This document shows positions 15,106 to 33,293 of a stretch of DNA of 64,000 bases, one piece after another (within the stretch, counting starts at the first letter, position 1; every line of letters starts with the position of its first letter). The notes under the pieces are model-generated. The model was not told where the DNA came from and made no database searches. It saw nothing but the letters and a program-made list of their open reading frames with translations. This stretch comes from Eledone cirrhosa (lineage: Eukaryota), in NCBI GenBank assembly GCA_964016885.1, contig OZ024743.1, positions 375,844,001 through 375,908,000 on the forward strand, in the 5' to 3' direction. A program made the position numbers and the translations under genes.

Positions 15106-16113
15106 TAAACACATCCTTAAATGCGGAAACCCACAGGGTAGACCCTTGGTCACAGTCCTAGCGACTGAACGCAACATCGGATCCTTAAGGATAAAGGAAG
15201 CACTTGTTATTAAGAACCTCAGACCCCCACTTAACAACCGGGCTGAGAGAAATGAGCGGACATGGCTAACTTAACCATAGTGACCATTCACAGCCTACGG
15301 CCTGCTATCTTCACACACACGCACGTATATGCATACCCATACGCATACACACACACATCTATATTTATACACGCACACATGTTCTTACAACCTACCACCT
15401 TTCACACCCTTTGATTTCCAGCTTCTACAGCCCACTATCTTTCACACACACACGCACTCACACATATACACACACAGTTACACACACATATATACCCATA
15501 CGCTTACACACACACAGCTATATTTATACACGCACACATGTTTTACAACCTACCACCTTTCACGCCCTTTGATTTCCAGCTTCTACAGCCCACTATCTTT
15601 CACACACACACACACTCACACATATACACACTTACACTTATACACACATAGTTACACACACATATATATTTACACACACATATTTTACGGCTTTCACACG
15701 CTAGCGCACCCTCTTGATTTAACCCATTTGGTCAGTAGCTTTTGCCACAGCCTATCACGCGCACGCGCATTCTTTCCCTCGTTTAAATTTTAAATAAATT
15801 TCTCCCCATAACAGCATTCCTGTCTTAACGACATCACAACTTTCTCCGCTTGGCCTGTTCCCCCCCTTTTGGAACTTTCCCCCGTTGATGGGCGTGAGCC
15901 CGAAATATTGGGATTAAATCTCCACTACGGTAACCCTTCTACCTTTGTTTTGTTTTTGTTTTCATCTTTGTCTCTCTCAATTTTCACTTTCTCCTGTTTC
16001 TCCTATCTATCATTCACTTCCTACCTCGAGATTTCCCTCTGCATTGTTGTGGCTTTCTTAACTACGTATTTTACACATTTCACAATTCTTCAAGCAAACT
16101 TTAACACCCTCTT
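15106..16113 (+). mobile_element. 3' fragment of PLE family C (EN end plus pLTR)
   Basis: Near-identical to 56973-57975. Confidence 0.9.
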
Positions 16114-16192
16114 ATAAATATATATATATATATATGTATTTATATATAAATATATATATATATATTTATATATTAATATATATATATATATA

Positions 16193-16312
<120 letters not shown>

Positions 16313-16761
16313 CGTTATTCCGGGTTGAATCGGAGGTAACCACAGTAAGTAAGGTACTCAATACATAGCAGAGTATAACAGTTTTAATATAGAATCTCAT
16401 CTATATTAAAACTATATTTATATATATATATATTTATATATAAATATATATATATATTTATAGTTATATAATAAACAACATAAGGCAATTATTCTATTTA
16501 CCAGTGGTTTCTTAAAAGCAAAACATTTTGCTTTCAATCATCAGAATGAAAAAAATCCTCGTCTATTTATTGATATTGGATTCTAAAAACAAAAATGCAA
16601 TCTATATGAAAGTGAGGCTGGAGAAGGAAGAAGGAAAGGAAAGCACTCTTTTTTCCTGGACTTTTCCGACGGAATTACTTCATTCACACATATATATATT
16701 TATATATAAATATATATATATATATTTATATATAAATAAATATATATATATTTATATATAA

Positions 16762-16793
<32 letters not shown>

Positions 16794-16817
16794 ATATATA
16801 TTTATATATACATATAT

Positions 16818-16864
<47 letters not shown>

Positions 16865-16882
16865 AATATATATATATATATT

Positions 16883-16929
<47 letters not shown>

Positions 16930-17055
16930 ATAAATATAGATATTTATATATAAATATATATTATATATATTTATATATAAATTTATATATATATATATTT
17001 ATATATAAATATATATATATATATATTTATATATAAATATATATATACATATATT

Positions 17056-17137
<82 letters not shown>

Positions 17138-17152
17138 AATATATATATATAT

Positions 17153-18987
17153 ATAAAGACAAATAACGAAACGAAATTAAATTTCGTTTCGTTTGTAACT
17201 CATTTTGTATGACTGACGCTTAAACAATTAAGTTAAAAATGTACATCCACATATGTATACTGAAATACTAGTATGCATATGAATACACACACGTATACAT
17301 ATGTAGATGTACCAAGTTTTTCACTGGTCACTTTACCGTGAGTGTCCAGCTATTCTGTATGTAAACACACATGGCTTTCTGGAGAATAGAGGAAAGGTGT
17401 TTCCTCAAAAACCAGTGTGACTCTAAAAACAGGTTTGTCTGTGTGTTTACATACAGAATAGCTGGACACTCACGGTAAAGTGACCAGTGAAAAACTTGGT
17501 ACATCTACATATGTATACGTGTGTGTATTCATATGCATACTAGTATTTCAGTCTACATATGTGGATGTACATTTTTAACTTAATTGTGTAAGCGTCAGTC
17601 ATACAAAAGTGAGTTACAAACGAAACGAAATTTAATTTCGTTTCGTTATTTGTCTTTATCGTCTCCGTTGAACCGGTACGTACTCACACTCTATGCAAAT
17701 TGGTCTGCCCACTACTAATTTTCATAGAAAAAGCATATAACGATATGTGTTTTTACGATTCTCCAGAAAGGCCGGTAGATAGGTAAATATTGCTGATGAG
17801 TTGTAACAACAACCAAACTAGTTCAATGTTCCTTGTCTGGCTTTCTGGAGAATAGAGGAAAGGTGTTTCCTCAAAAACCAGTGTGACTCTAAAAACCGGT
17901 TTGTCTGTGTGTTTACATACAGAATAGCTGGACACTCACGGTAAAGTGACCAGTGAAAAACTTGGTACATCTACATATGTATACGTGTGTGTATTCATAT
18001 GCATACTAGTATTTCAGTATACATATGTGGATGTACATTTTTAACTTAATTGTTTAAGCGTCAGTCATACAATAGTGAGTTACAAACGAAACGAAATTTA
18101 ATTTCGTTTCGTTATTTGTCTTTATCGTCTCCGTTGAACCGGTACGTACTCACACTCTATGCAAATTGGTCTGCCCACTACTAATTTTCATAGAAAAAGC
18201 ATATAACGATATGTGCTTTTACGATTCTCCAGAAAGGCCGGTAGATAGGTAAATATTGCTGATGAGTTGTAACAACAACCAAACCAGTTCAATGTTCCTT
18301 GTCTGGCTTTCTGGAGAATAGAGGAAAGGTGTTTCCTCAAAAACCAGTGTGACTCTAAAAACCGGTTTGTCTGTGTGTTTACATACAGAATAGCTGGACA
18401 CTCACGGTAAAGTGACCAGTGAAAAACTTGGTACATCTACATATGTATACGTGTGTGTATTCATATGCATACTAGTATTTCAGTATACATATGTGGATGT
18501 ACATTTTTAACTTAATTGTTTAAGCGTCAGTCATACAATAGTGAGTTACAAACGAAACGAAATTTAATTTCGTTTCGTTATTTGTCTTTATCGTCTCCGT
18601 TGAACCGGTACGTACTCACACTCTATGCAAATTGGTCTGCCCACTACTAATTTTCATAGAAAAAGCATATAACGATATGTGCTTTTACGATTCTCCAGAA
18701 AGGCCGGTAGATAGGTAAATATTGCTGATGAGTTGTAACAACAACCAAACCAGTTCAATGTTCCTTGTCTGGCTTTCTGGAGAATAGAGGAAAGGTGTTT
18801 CCTCAAAAACCAGTGAGACTCTAAAAACCGATTTGTCTGTGTGTTTACATACAGAATAGCTGGACACTCACGGTAAAGTGACCAGTGAAAAACTTGGTAC
18901 ATCTACATATGTATACGTGTGTGTATTCATATGCATAATAGTATTTCAGTATACATATGTGGATGTACATTTTTAACTTAATTGTTT
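17153..18987 (+). repeat. 466-bp tandem array (about 3.5 units, retrozyme-like family B) preceded by an inverted partial unit
   Basis: Units are offset by 466 bp. 17153-17370 is the reverse complement of 17441-17659. (TA)n on both sides. Confidence 0.92.
17786..17830 (+). ncRNA. HHR-like motif with G12 replaced by C (copies 18252-18296, 18718-18762)
   Basis: AAUAUUG-CUGAUGA-GUUGU aaca ACAAC-CAAA-CUAG-UU-CAAUGUU. Confidence 0.8.
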
Positions 18988-18988
18988 A

Positions 18989-19021
<33 letters not shown>

Positions 19022-19068
19022 TTATATATAAATATATATATTTATATATAAATATATATATATATATT

Positions 19069-19116
<48 letters not shown>

Positions 19117-19125
19117 AACATATAT

Positions 19126-23070
<3,945 letters not shown>

Positions 23071-23225
23071 CTTGACTCTGTATTCCGTTTATCTTTCACC
23101 GAAAGTGATTTGTGAATGCATTTCTTCTTTCCATGATATCCGGATTACATTGAGTTCTTCATACGGATTGGACACTACCGTAAACTCTTGGTAGATTTAT
23201 CTACATAAATATATATATATATATT

Positions 23226-23257
<32 letters not shown>

Positions 23258-23329
23258 CATTTATATATAAATATATATATATATATATATTTATATATAA
23301 ATATATATATATATTTATATATACATATG

Positions 23330-23361
<32 letters not shown>

Positions 23362-23622
23362 AATATATATATATATATTTATATATAAATATATATCTAT
23401 ATATATTTATATATAAATATATATATATATATATTTATATATAAATATATATATATATATATTTATATATAAATATATATATTTATAAATATATATATAT
23501 ATATTTATATATAAATATATATATATATATATATACATATGTATATATAAATATATATATATACATATGTATATATAAATATATATATATATTTATATAT
23601 AAATATATATATATATATATAT

Positions 23623-23972
23623 GGAGGCACATGGCTTAGTGGTTAGAGCATTGGCCTTGCAATCGAAAGGTTGTGAGTTCAATTCTCAGACCGGGTGATG
23701 TGTTGTTTCCTTGAGCAAGGCACTTTATTTCATGTTGCTCCAGTTTACTCAGCTGTAGAAATGAGATGATAGGGACTGGGGTCCATATCATTCCACTGAA
23801 AAGTGGTCGTGTAGGCGCCACGGCAAAAAAGCACCCAGCACTCACTGTAAATGAGGTTGGTGTTAGGAAGGGCATCCAGCTGTAGAAATCAAGCCAGCAT
23901 CAGTTCCCGTCCCACCCTTGCAAGCAGGGAAAAGTGGACGTAAAATGAAATGATGATGATGATGATGATGAT
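23623..23972 (+). mobile_element. Full-length tRNA-derived CORE-like SINE with RTE-derived tail
   Basis: A box tggcttagtgg, B box gagttcaattctc, CORE-like ccttgagcaaggcacttt..ctgtagaaatg, 3' part shared with the LINE at 62250-62345, and a (GAT)n tail. Confidence 0.88.
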
Positions 23973-24174
23973 ATACATATATATATAAATATATATATAT
24001 TTATATATAAATATATATATATATATATATTTATATATAGATATAGATATATATATATATTTATATATAAATATATATATATATTTATATATAAATATAT
24101 GTATATATATATTTATATATAAATATATATATATATATTTATATATAAATATATATATATATATAAATATAAGC

Positions 24175-25800
24175 AAGATGTATGTGAATCGCCATGATCA
24201 CGCCTGACCTACCAAATATGCGACGGTAACTAGTTAAGCTCTATGCGTATAAGCAGAGCAGAAATATTAATGAAAAAGGACAAAGGAACTATTATGACAT
24301 TATAACAAGTTTATTGCCGACAGCCGTTTCGTCCGACCATATGGTGGGACTTTTCAAGGCATATAACATGTGATTGTAAGTTCATTATTTACATCAACGT
24401 TTCACTCAAGATTAGCACTTTGAAATTGTGGTATACATCAGCAGCTCCGCTTGTATATTTAGGGTCTATATTCTAAGGGGGCTCTTTTATATTAGTTGTC
24501 GGAGTTGTAAATGGGATGGGTTATGGGGAGTTAAGAGAATTTGAAAAGGGCCTAAGAGTCAGGGATTGAAGGTTAAAAATTAGATAATTTATAATTTACG
24601 CATTAAAAGTAAAAGACTTGGGACCTCGTAGAAGCACCTGGGGACAGCTGATGCCTGCGGTGTGGGACATTGTGAGTGCCTGGACTCACGTTGACTAATC
24701 GTGGGAGGTGCCGTCGGAGATGTATGTCAACAAATTCGGGAACTTGCCCAAGGAAACAGTAACCGAACACCCAATATGGCGGCCGCTCCCTGCCTATAAC
24801 AAATCAAACCCCCCCCCCAATAAACCCCCGCCCAAATAGATGCCCCATTCTCCCCCATTTACTTCCTTTGAGTTAGTTCTTCTTTATTATTAGTGGTTCT
24901 TTTTGAGTTAGTTCTTTATTAATAGGGATTTTTTTGTATATTACCACGGTTGACTTAATGGGCTTGGAGAGTTGACTCCCTTGATGTCTGACCACTCGAT
25001 AAGTTAGGGGTTGTGCCCCTTGAGCAGGGGTGAGTCTAGCTGGACTACCTGCTGTCTGCTACTACCCGAGACTGGACACGGTCGTAGCCACAGGCCAGCG
25101 CGTGCGCGATAGCAAGGAATATATATTTTCTGCTAGTCACCCCGTGTAATATGATACCCCAAGATTCCATGCATGAGATTCACCGAAGCATGCGCAGTCT
25201 TAACCGGAAGATGACATGCGAACTTGAAAATACCACAAGAGAGACCCTTTGGATAGCGTAGACGCCGGACCATACCCGCAAATATATACCCTGATCTGTC
25301 TTGAATATGCATGGCTGACGGAATATGGATAACACGACCACCATCTAAGCTGGAACCGACCCCTACAACAAACAAAGAGGGGACTGCCCTTCGCATTTGA
25401 CCAGTCGCGTGTGTGCTTGGAGTTCGTGAGAGGAGGTGATATTAGCGAGAGACGCAATATACCACCCCAGTCAAATCCACTGGTTTTTTTACCAATATAG
25501 CATGTAAACCAATACATCCTATGCAGCGAGACCTTGTATTTAGAACCGGCAGGCTGATCTATCGCAAACGCGTGCAACCCCCGAAACTAAAAGATCGAAC
25601 GGACCACACCCAGCAACCACTAGCTATTTGATCCACAGGTACATTTCCCAGAGAGTCCACACAGCTGATAGTGAATCCCAGTTGATTCGTGAACTCTGAA
25701 CTTTTAAACAAGACCAACTGTGCCTCGAGCTATGCAGATAAACTACATACGCACAATGGATATCGCACCCACAAGGTCGCCTGTATTGTTCATCTTGCTG
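24175..25800 (-). mobile_element. Probable degenerate PLE 3' remnant
   Basis: HHR near the 3' end. A frameshifted YK..C..C..YIGK-like stretch lies near 25480-25545. Confidence 0.35.
24315..24361 (-). ncRNA. Type I HHR, U3-A8 variant
   Basis: Reverse complement UGCC-UUGAAAA-GUCC..ACCA ua UGGU..GGAC-GAAA-CGGCUG-UC-GGCA. Confidence 0.8.
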
Positions 25801-26158
25801 TATGTGTGTAAAGTATCCGTGCGTGGGATATCCCTGAGTACATTTTCTTGACTATCAATTGTTTATTGATTGTTTGTTAATTAGGCAGGAATATACCATT
25901 ATGTCTTTGTTAATCCTGTGTTGCTGTATGTGTGTAACGTATCCGAGCGCGGGTTATCCCTGAGCTAATTTTGCTTGACTGTTAATTGTTTATTGATTAT
26001 TTGTTAATTAGGCAGGAATATATTATTATGTCTTTGTTAATCCTGTATTAATAATTTTATAATAATTTTTTGATAGTACATTATTAGATTACTGAAGCTA
26101 TATATATATATATTTATATATAAATATCTATATTTACATATATATATATATATATATT

Positions 26159-26197
<39 letters not shown>

Positions 26198-26469
26198 AGT
26201 GTAATTTTCTACACAAAGCGAAGGTTATAGAGAAAATTGAGGTTGGTAATGGCACATGGAATATATAAGAGACAGAATACTTTTTTGTGAAAAAACATAA
26301 TTTTATAAGGTAAGGAAATAATAAAGGGTATAATAAAGGTATATATATATATATATATAATAATAAAGGTATATATATATATATATATATATTTATAGGA
26401 TTTGTAAGGATGTGTAACTCTGATATACAGATTATTTATTATTAAGATGTATAAACTTGACATAACTAT

Positions 26470-29400
26470 TATCATCTTATATTCTCTCAACTAATCACAT
26501 TTGATTATATTTCTCTATCCCGTTTTCTCCCCCCATATTTATAATTTTTTTATTTGAAAAAATCGGTTTTTTTACATTCTGTTTTTCCCTTTCTAATACT
26601 TGCTTATATTTCTTTATATATTCTCTATATATTTTTTTTATTTATATATATATATTTTTTTATCTTTATTCTTATTTTCACTTTTATCTTCCTTTATATT
26701 TTACCTTATTCTTACTTTTATACCTTATTATAATGTAATCTTCCCCATGCCTTATTATACATTATTAATTATAGATTATTATTATTACTCTTTTTCCATT
26801 TCTAATTACCTCATGTACTTTCTCCTCCGTTATATATATATTGTATGCCCTTTGTGTGTGTGTAGCCTCTGCACACCCTCTGCACCCTACTATCGACGCC
26901 ACCCCATCTATGGCTCAACTAACCACTCGACTCCCGAGAATGAATATGACCACAGCTAGTAAACAAGGACCCACACCCCACCCTCCCGCACCAAATTAGA
27001 CTTATCGTCCCCTGCTTTTGCTCTTTACTCTCTTTACTCTTTGTTCTTGAATGTTTGGTTGGTAGAGTCCATAACACAAATGAAACCCCTTTTATAGCTC
27101 CGACGAATCCTACGGTTACGTAAGAAAGAAACATTGTAAGCCAATAAAAATCTGTTGATGTTATAGACGCTCTTGTGTTCTTTATCATATATACGGCTCT
27201 GCTCCAAAGCATAGAGCTAATTATTATGCTGCCAATACCTTAATGGGATTCGGGTATACAATACCTAACTCCTATTAACCTAAGTATTTCTACGGCTCCC
27301 CCCGGTTGAGCTAAATCCTTATAACCTGTCCACCTTGTGTATGATTATAATTGATTGGCAGCATGCTAACTAAAGACTACCTACCTATATCACTCAAGAA
27401 CATCCCAACCCCATCCAGGACTACTTATGAGAAATTACTGATAGCTAGTGTCAACTCCTTCGTTAAGCGTATTAGATGGCGCACTTTCCACTTCGATAAG
27501 AGAAATAAGAAATCAACCACGGTGTCCCCCAATAATAAATTCGGTTTTAAAACCTATAGGAGCCCGCCCCATAACTCCATGCTAGATGGATTTGAGAATG
27601 ACCTCCTAACACTAGTAAGGAATATTAAGTTTAAAAAACCCCATGGGAATAGCAACAAATTCCGGATGAAACTGGAAACCTTAGTTAAGGGCTTTAACGA
27701 TAAAAGAGATATCCTGGTCACCTCGGATAAAACCAGAAATATTTATAGCTTAAATTATGATACGTATCGTAGGTTTATATACAATGAATTAAATAGAAAC
27801 TATAAAAAGACAACAAGCGCAAACCTAGATGAAATTAATAAGGAAGCATGCGCCATAGTGGATAAACTAGGCCTGGAAAAGTAAACCCAACCATATACCC
27901 CTAGGCAACCCAGGTTCATCCTTAAAGACCATAAGGCTGACTTCATTAGTAAACCCTCTGTTAGATTAATTAGCCCATCGAAGTCAGATATAGGGATTAT
28001 CATTAAGAAAATTTTAGACGGCGTTATACCTACCATCAGGAGGAAAATAAATCTAGAGCTATGGGAGAATACGGAAGAGGTTTTGAAATGGTTCTCAAGC
28101 CTTAGCAACCATAAATCCCTTAAATTTATACAATTCGACATCGATGCGTACTACACCTCAATCTCCCCCATACTCCTTAATAAGGCCCTAATCATGGCCA
28201 TGCAGAAAAGTGACCTCACTAGATCTCAAATTGATGTCATTCTTGCGGCCCGGAAAACGATAATCACATTTGAGGACGAATTGTGGACCCGCAAGAATAC
28301 GCCCAATAACTTCGACATCACAATGGGATCTAGTGACTCTGCACAAGTAACGGACCTAGTAGGATTGTACCTCTTAAAGGAGTTACATGAGACATTACCG
28401 CACTTGAAGGGCGGCTTATATCGTGATGACGCCCTCCTTACTCTCGAGTATAAAAAGTGCAATATAGAAAGAACTAGGAAACAGTTACGTAGGTTCTTTA
28501 AAAGCTTTAATCTAAGTATTACCATAGATGCAAATGACAAAACAGTAAACTTCCTAGACGCCACCCTTGACCTAGAAACTAAAACATTTGCACCCTACCA
28601 TAAACCTAATGATAGACTAACATATGTAAACGCCAGCTCCAACCACCCCAAATCAGTCCTAAACGCTATTCCCAAGAGGGTCTCTAATAGAATTAGCAGA
28701 CTGTCCTGTAATGAGAGTATCTTCAACTCCAATGCAGACTATTATGACAAGGCCCTAGCAGAATCTGGTTACGGGAATAGATTATCATATATACATAAGG
28801 ACTCCCAAACCATGAGTGTGAAACGTACCAACATAATCACACATAGTATGGCCACAAAGCCTAACCAACTTAGAGGCAAGAATAATAGTAAGAACCCTAA
28901 TGGCGCTAACCCAGCTAAATGTAAACCACGTAGAGACAATACTAGAGTCCCTCACCACAACTCTAAAACAGCAAATGATCATGCCATGAATATAAACCAT
29001 CCGGGCTTAAGCAAAACAGACAACGCCACTAACGTTATTAACGGTACCCTACAAAATAGTACGCACAGTAACGAGACTCACCCCATAGATAAGAAAAATA
29101 GAAGAAGGAAAAACATATATTTTAACCCACCTTTTAACTCTGAGGTCCGCACTAACCTCCCCAGAGTATTCTTCGCATTATTAGAAAAAACTTCCCACCA
29201 GGCAATAGATATCGCAACATAATTAACAAAAACGTGATTAAATTATCCTATTCGACCACACCTAACCTCGCATCACACCTAGCACGCACGAACATTAGGA
29301 AAACTAGAGAAGGTTTCGAAGCAATTAAAATGGCAGTTAACCACCAGCAACCGACTACACTGGAAAATGGGCAACATAATAGCATCACTGAGCCATCTAA

Positions 29401-29600
29401 TGATATAGAGGCACCTAGTGATAATGCTAGTAACCAAACTTCGGGAGGTACGCTAACTGATCGAACCCGCACTTGCAATTGTAGGCAGAGTAGTAATTGT
29501 CCCCTAAGGGGGGATTGCCTCATAAAAAAACATCGTATATGCATGTGACGTAACCACACACAAAACACAGTGAATGGTAAACACGACCAGAACATCACAA
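26470..29600 (+). mobile_element. Near full-length Naiad-like PLE with a stop and frameshifts; EN truncated
   Basis: ORFs 27351-27884, 28083-29222 and 29234-29548 carry SDKT, FDIDAYYTSI, MGSSDSA, GLYRDD, YFNPPF and CNCRQSSNCPL. Confidence 0.9.
27091..27148 (+). ncRNA. Degenerate HHR-like motif upstream of the PLE ORF
   Basis: GCU-CCGACGA-A-UCCUACG guua CGUAAGA-AA-GAAA-CAUUG-UA-AGC. Confidence 0.5.
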
Positions 29601-31037
29601 CATGCACATCGGAGCAACAGAGATATAATATCAATAAGCGAATCAATTGAATTTTTTGAGTTGAAATACATATAAATATGTATCTGTGTGTATCGGACAC
29701 ACGTACACATTAAGAAACTGCTGACCTAAATGTACCTGTCATGCCTGTCTGAATTCCTAAGAGAATTTTCGGTCAGTTACTATCTTGACCGCTTACCCTC
29801 ACAATTACTACGTAGCGGTTCTTGCACGTGACTGCTGGACCCGGATGAAACGAAGACGAAGAATTTCCTTGCGTACCGTTTTGTACCACAGATGCGATCT
29901 CACTCTGCCTCGTTAATGTTCAATCGACACCAAAGTTCTACGTTCGGGGCAATAGAATTGAATCCAACCACCGACAACATAGTTGGATGACCGATAATCA
30001 CACCAAACCGGAGTACTGTGATCCTTGTGATTTCGAGATATACAACCACTGACACTGTTACGAAGACCAGAAAACCATACTCCATAATATTGAACCAAGT
30101 GATTGATTTGTGCGACCAAAATAACACCACACACATATTGAACTAGGAATATTGGATCCTCCGTCAATGTCTGGGTGAGCAAAAATAGATTCTATCTGCA
30201 TTGGAATTTACGAACTTGTGCATCTGCTGTGGTGTCAAAAACAAACGCACATGAGTGCACAGATGAACAATGGACTATGCCACGTGGGTTGAACCTGCAA
30301 GTGAATTGAAGGATGTGTAACTCTGATATACAGATTATTTATTATTAAGATGTATAAACTTGACATAACTATAAATATCCAGAGGTATTTATTTCCAGGT
30401 ACCTTATAAATATGACTTTCCGTATTTGTTACTGTTGTGAGATATTGAGGTTTTTTGGTTGTCACTTCTCTGTATTTAGCCTAAGAAAATATATATATGC
30501 GTGTGTAAATAATTACATGCATACATTTATTTTTTAAAATTAATTGAGTTCTTAACACGTGGAATTGATAATAGTTTTAAATAACTAATTAACCCGCGTA
30601 TATTAAATATTTTACTCTTAATTTGGCCAGAGATTTACATTCCCAATCGCATTTAAAGCGTAACCTTCCGTATTTGCTGCGGTGATGTGATGCGGTTTAT
30701 TTTGATATCACTTCTGTTTTTAGCCTAAGAAAATATCTATATGCGTGTGTAATTAATACACGCATACATTTATTTTTTTTATTTCAATTGAGTTCTTAAC
30801 ACGTTGGATTGATAATGTTTTTGAAAAAACTGATTAACCCGAGTGTATATTATTTTTTTCTTTTCTCGTGTATCGTGGTTGTCTCCCCTTCCCGCTTCGT
30901 GACGCTATGAAACTTCCTCAGTCAAAAGACTGCTGGAATTTCAAATATGGCGGTCATTCGATGCGTGAGGGAGCAGCTTAGCAGACACGATTTTTAACTG
31001 CGGTAAGAATGTTTTCTTATATCAAAGTTTAATGGGC

Positions 31038-31162
31038 TTCCACTGAAGATTTATAAGTGCCCACCTAAATATATTCTTACATGAATATATGTTAGGCTTC
31101 TACATAAACTGGAGACATTCTCCCAATTTGTAGAAAACTTATAATGAAACAATTGTTTGGAA
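31038..31162 (+). ncRNA. Type I HHR with branched stem II
   Basis: UUCCA-CUGAAGA-U-UUAUAAGU[two hairpins]ACUUAUAA-U-GAAA-CAAUUG-UU-UGGAA. Confidence 0.82.
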
Positions 31163-31595
31163 AAAGAGATATATTTTAAATTTAATTATATCTCATGAAA
31201 TAATACAACTGGCTTTCCACAAAATACATATAGTTAGCACCCCAAACACATAAATTGGGTTATACTAACATATAACCTAATGTTTGTTGAGTGAGATGGT
31301 TACCAGTCGGAGTTTAGCGTTAAGCTATCTCTGTTATTGTATTAAATATATATATATATTTATATATATATAAATATATATAAATATATATATATATTTA
31401 TATATATATAAATATATATATATTTTTATATATATATATATGTATATATTTATATATTTATAAAATTCTACAAACACCTTATATATATAAATATATATAA
31501 ATATATATATTTTTATATATTTATATATATTTATGTATATAAATATATATTTATAAAATTATAAAAACACCTTATATATATAAATATATATATAA

Positions 31596-31690
<95 letters not shown>

Positions 31691-31743
31691 AATATATATA
31701 AATATATATATATATATATTTATAAATATTTATATATATATAA

Positions 31744-31788
<45 letters not shown>

Positions 31789-31899
31789 AATATATATATA
31801 TATATAAATATATATAAATATATATATATATATTTATATATATATAAATAGATATAAATATATATATATTTATATATATATAAATATATATATATATTT

Positions 31900-32520
31900 C
31901 GTTTCTGAATTTGTTTAGCAAGATTCTTTATCTGAAATCGTGTGTTGAAACCGATATTGTTATACTTTGGGAGGATCATGTTGCCAATAAGAAACACACG
32001 CACCAGTTGCTTTCACTTCAATTTATTATATATCTATAAATTTATAAATTTACAAATCTACAAATCTATAAATTTCTGGTTGGTTTGTTGGTTCCACAAC
32101 CAGATAGTTGTTTATATATAGTCATAGTCCTTTCGTCACACACTCTGTGACCTCTTCAGTGACTGGGGATTCCTTTCTTTGTTTCTGTGCCTTTCCTTTC
32201 TTCTGTCCTACGCCATTTTGTTTCTGTGTGTGTGTTGTGTGCTCAGTTTGCGCATGCGCCACATCCGGGTGTCTGTGTGTGTTTGTGTTCATTTATCTAT
32301 TTGTTTATTTATTTACATGTTGTTGGTTGGTTGTTTGTTCTATGTGTGTGTGTGTTTTCATTTTGTCCTTAATTGTAAGTTGTGATGTTGTTGTTCCACT
32401 CATATTTTCTATTTAATTTTGGTTGTAATTCTTTTATGTTTACTGCCTCTGTAATTTGTCTAAACATTGCATCTTTTCTGTGTGTAGATTCTATTTTTAT
32501 TTCTATGTTCTCTAATTTAC
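31900..32520 (-). mobile_element. PLE 3' fragment (EN end plus pLTR with HHR at 32121-32163)
   Basis: RQITEAVNI..QPKLNRK is homologous to the end of ORF 12270-14444. Canonical CUGAAGA/GAAA core. Confidence 0.88.
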
Positions 32521-33293
32521 CACAAGGGTAAATTAGAGAACAAGAGAACAATAAATTACGTATCAAGGAAGCGCTTTTTATCAAACGCCTGGCACCGCAA
32601 ATAAACAATAGATCCGAGAGAAGCGAAATGAAGTGGCTGGTTTAAGTTAACAAACGATGCAGCAACACACGCACGCACACACACACACAAACTAGACAGC
32701 TACACACGCACACGCACACACACACAGTAGCATTCCACCATACGAACATACTACACTACCAATACAGAGGAACAAGGCAACAACACACACACTCAAGCGA
32801 GACAACAACACACGCACACACACACACAGTAACATTTAACAAACAGGCAGAGAATGGACTGACAGCTAGCACCACCCCCACTCCCACATTCGGCCGCTGA
32901 CCTCTGCCCGACCGACTCCATTTCACGCGCACGCGCGCTCTGCTGAATACCTCAGATATTCAAAACAACAAACAGCGGAGGACGCGTTTCGCACATTTCC
33001 GACAGATAACCTTTCCCCCACCCCGGAAAAAAAACCCAGTTGATGGATGTGAATCCGAAATATATAGGGATAATTAAATCTCACCCAAGGTAACTCTCTC
33101 TCGTGTTCTTATTTTTATTTTATCCTTTATACTCTTTCCTTCATTCTTCTACACGTCTTATACACAACACGCATCTCAACGTACACCCACTTACATCTCT
33201 CTCTCCACCACCGGATCTTGTTACCCGGAGATTTACCCATTTGCATTGTCGAGGCTTCCAAACGACTTAAAGATATTTACCTATTATTCCACA

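Noticed and set aside
23623-23700. tRNA gene
   Set aside because: The A/B boxes belong to a SINE head that continues into CORE-like and LINE-derived parts. There is no clean cloverleaf.
29600-30860. Unassigned sequence with a ~250-bp duplication and a 65-bp repeat shared with 26405-26469
   Set aside because: No recognisable protein or RNA motif, so it cannot be classified without a search.
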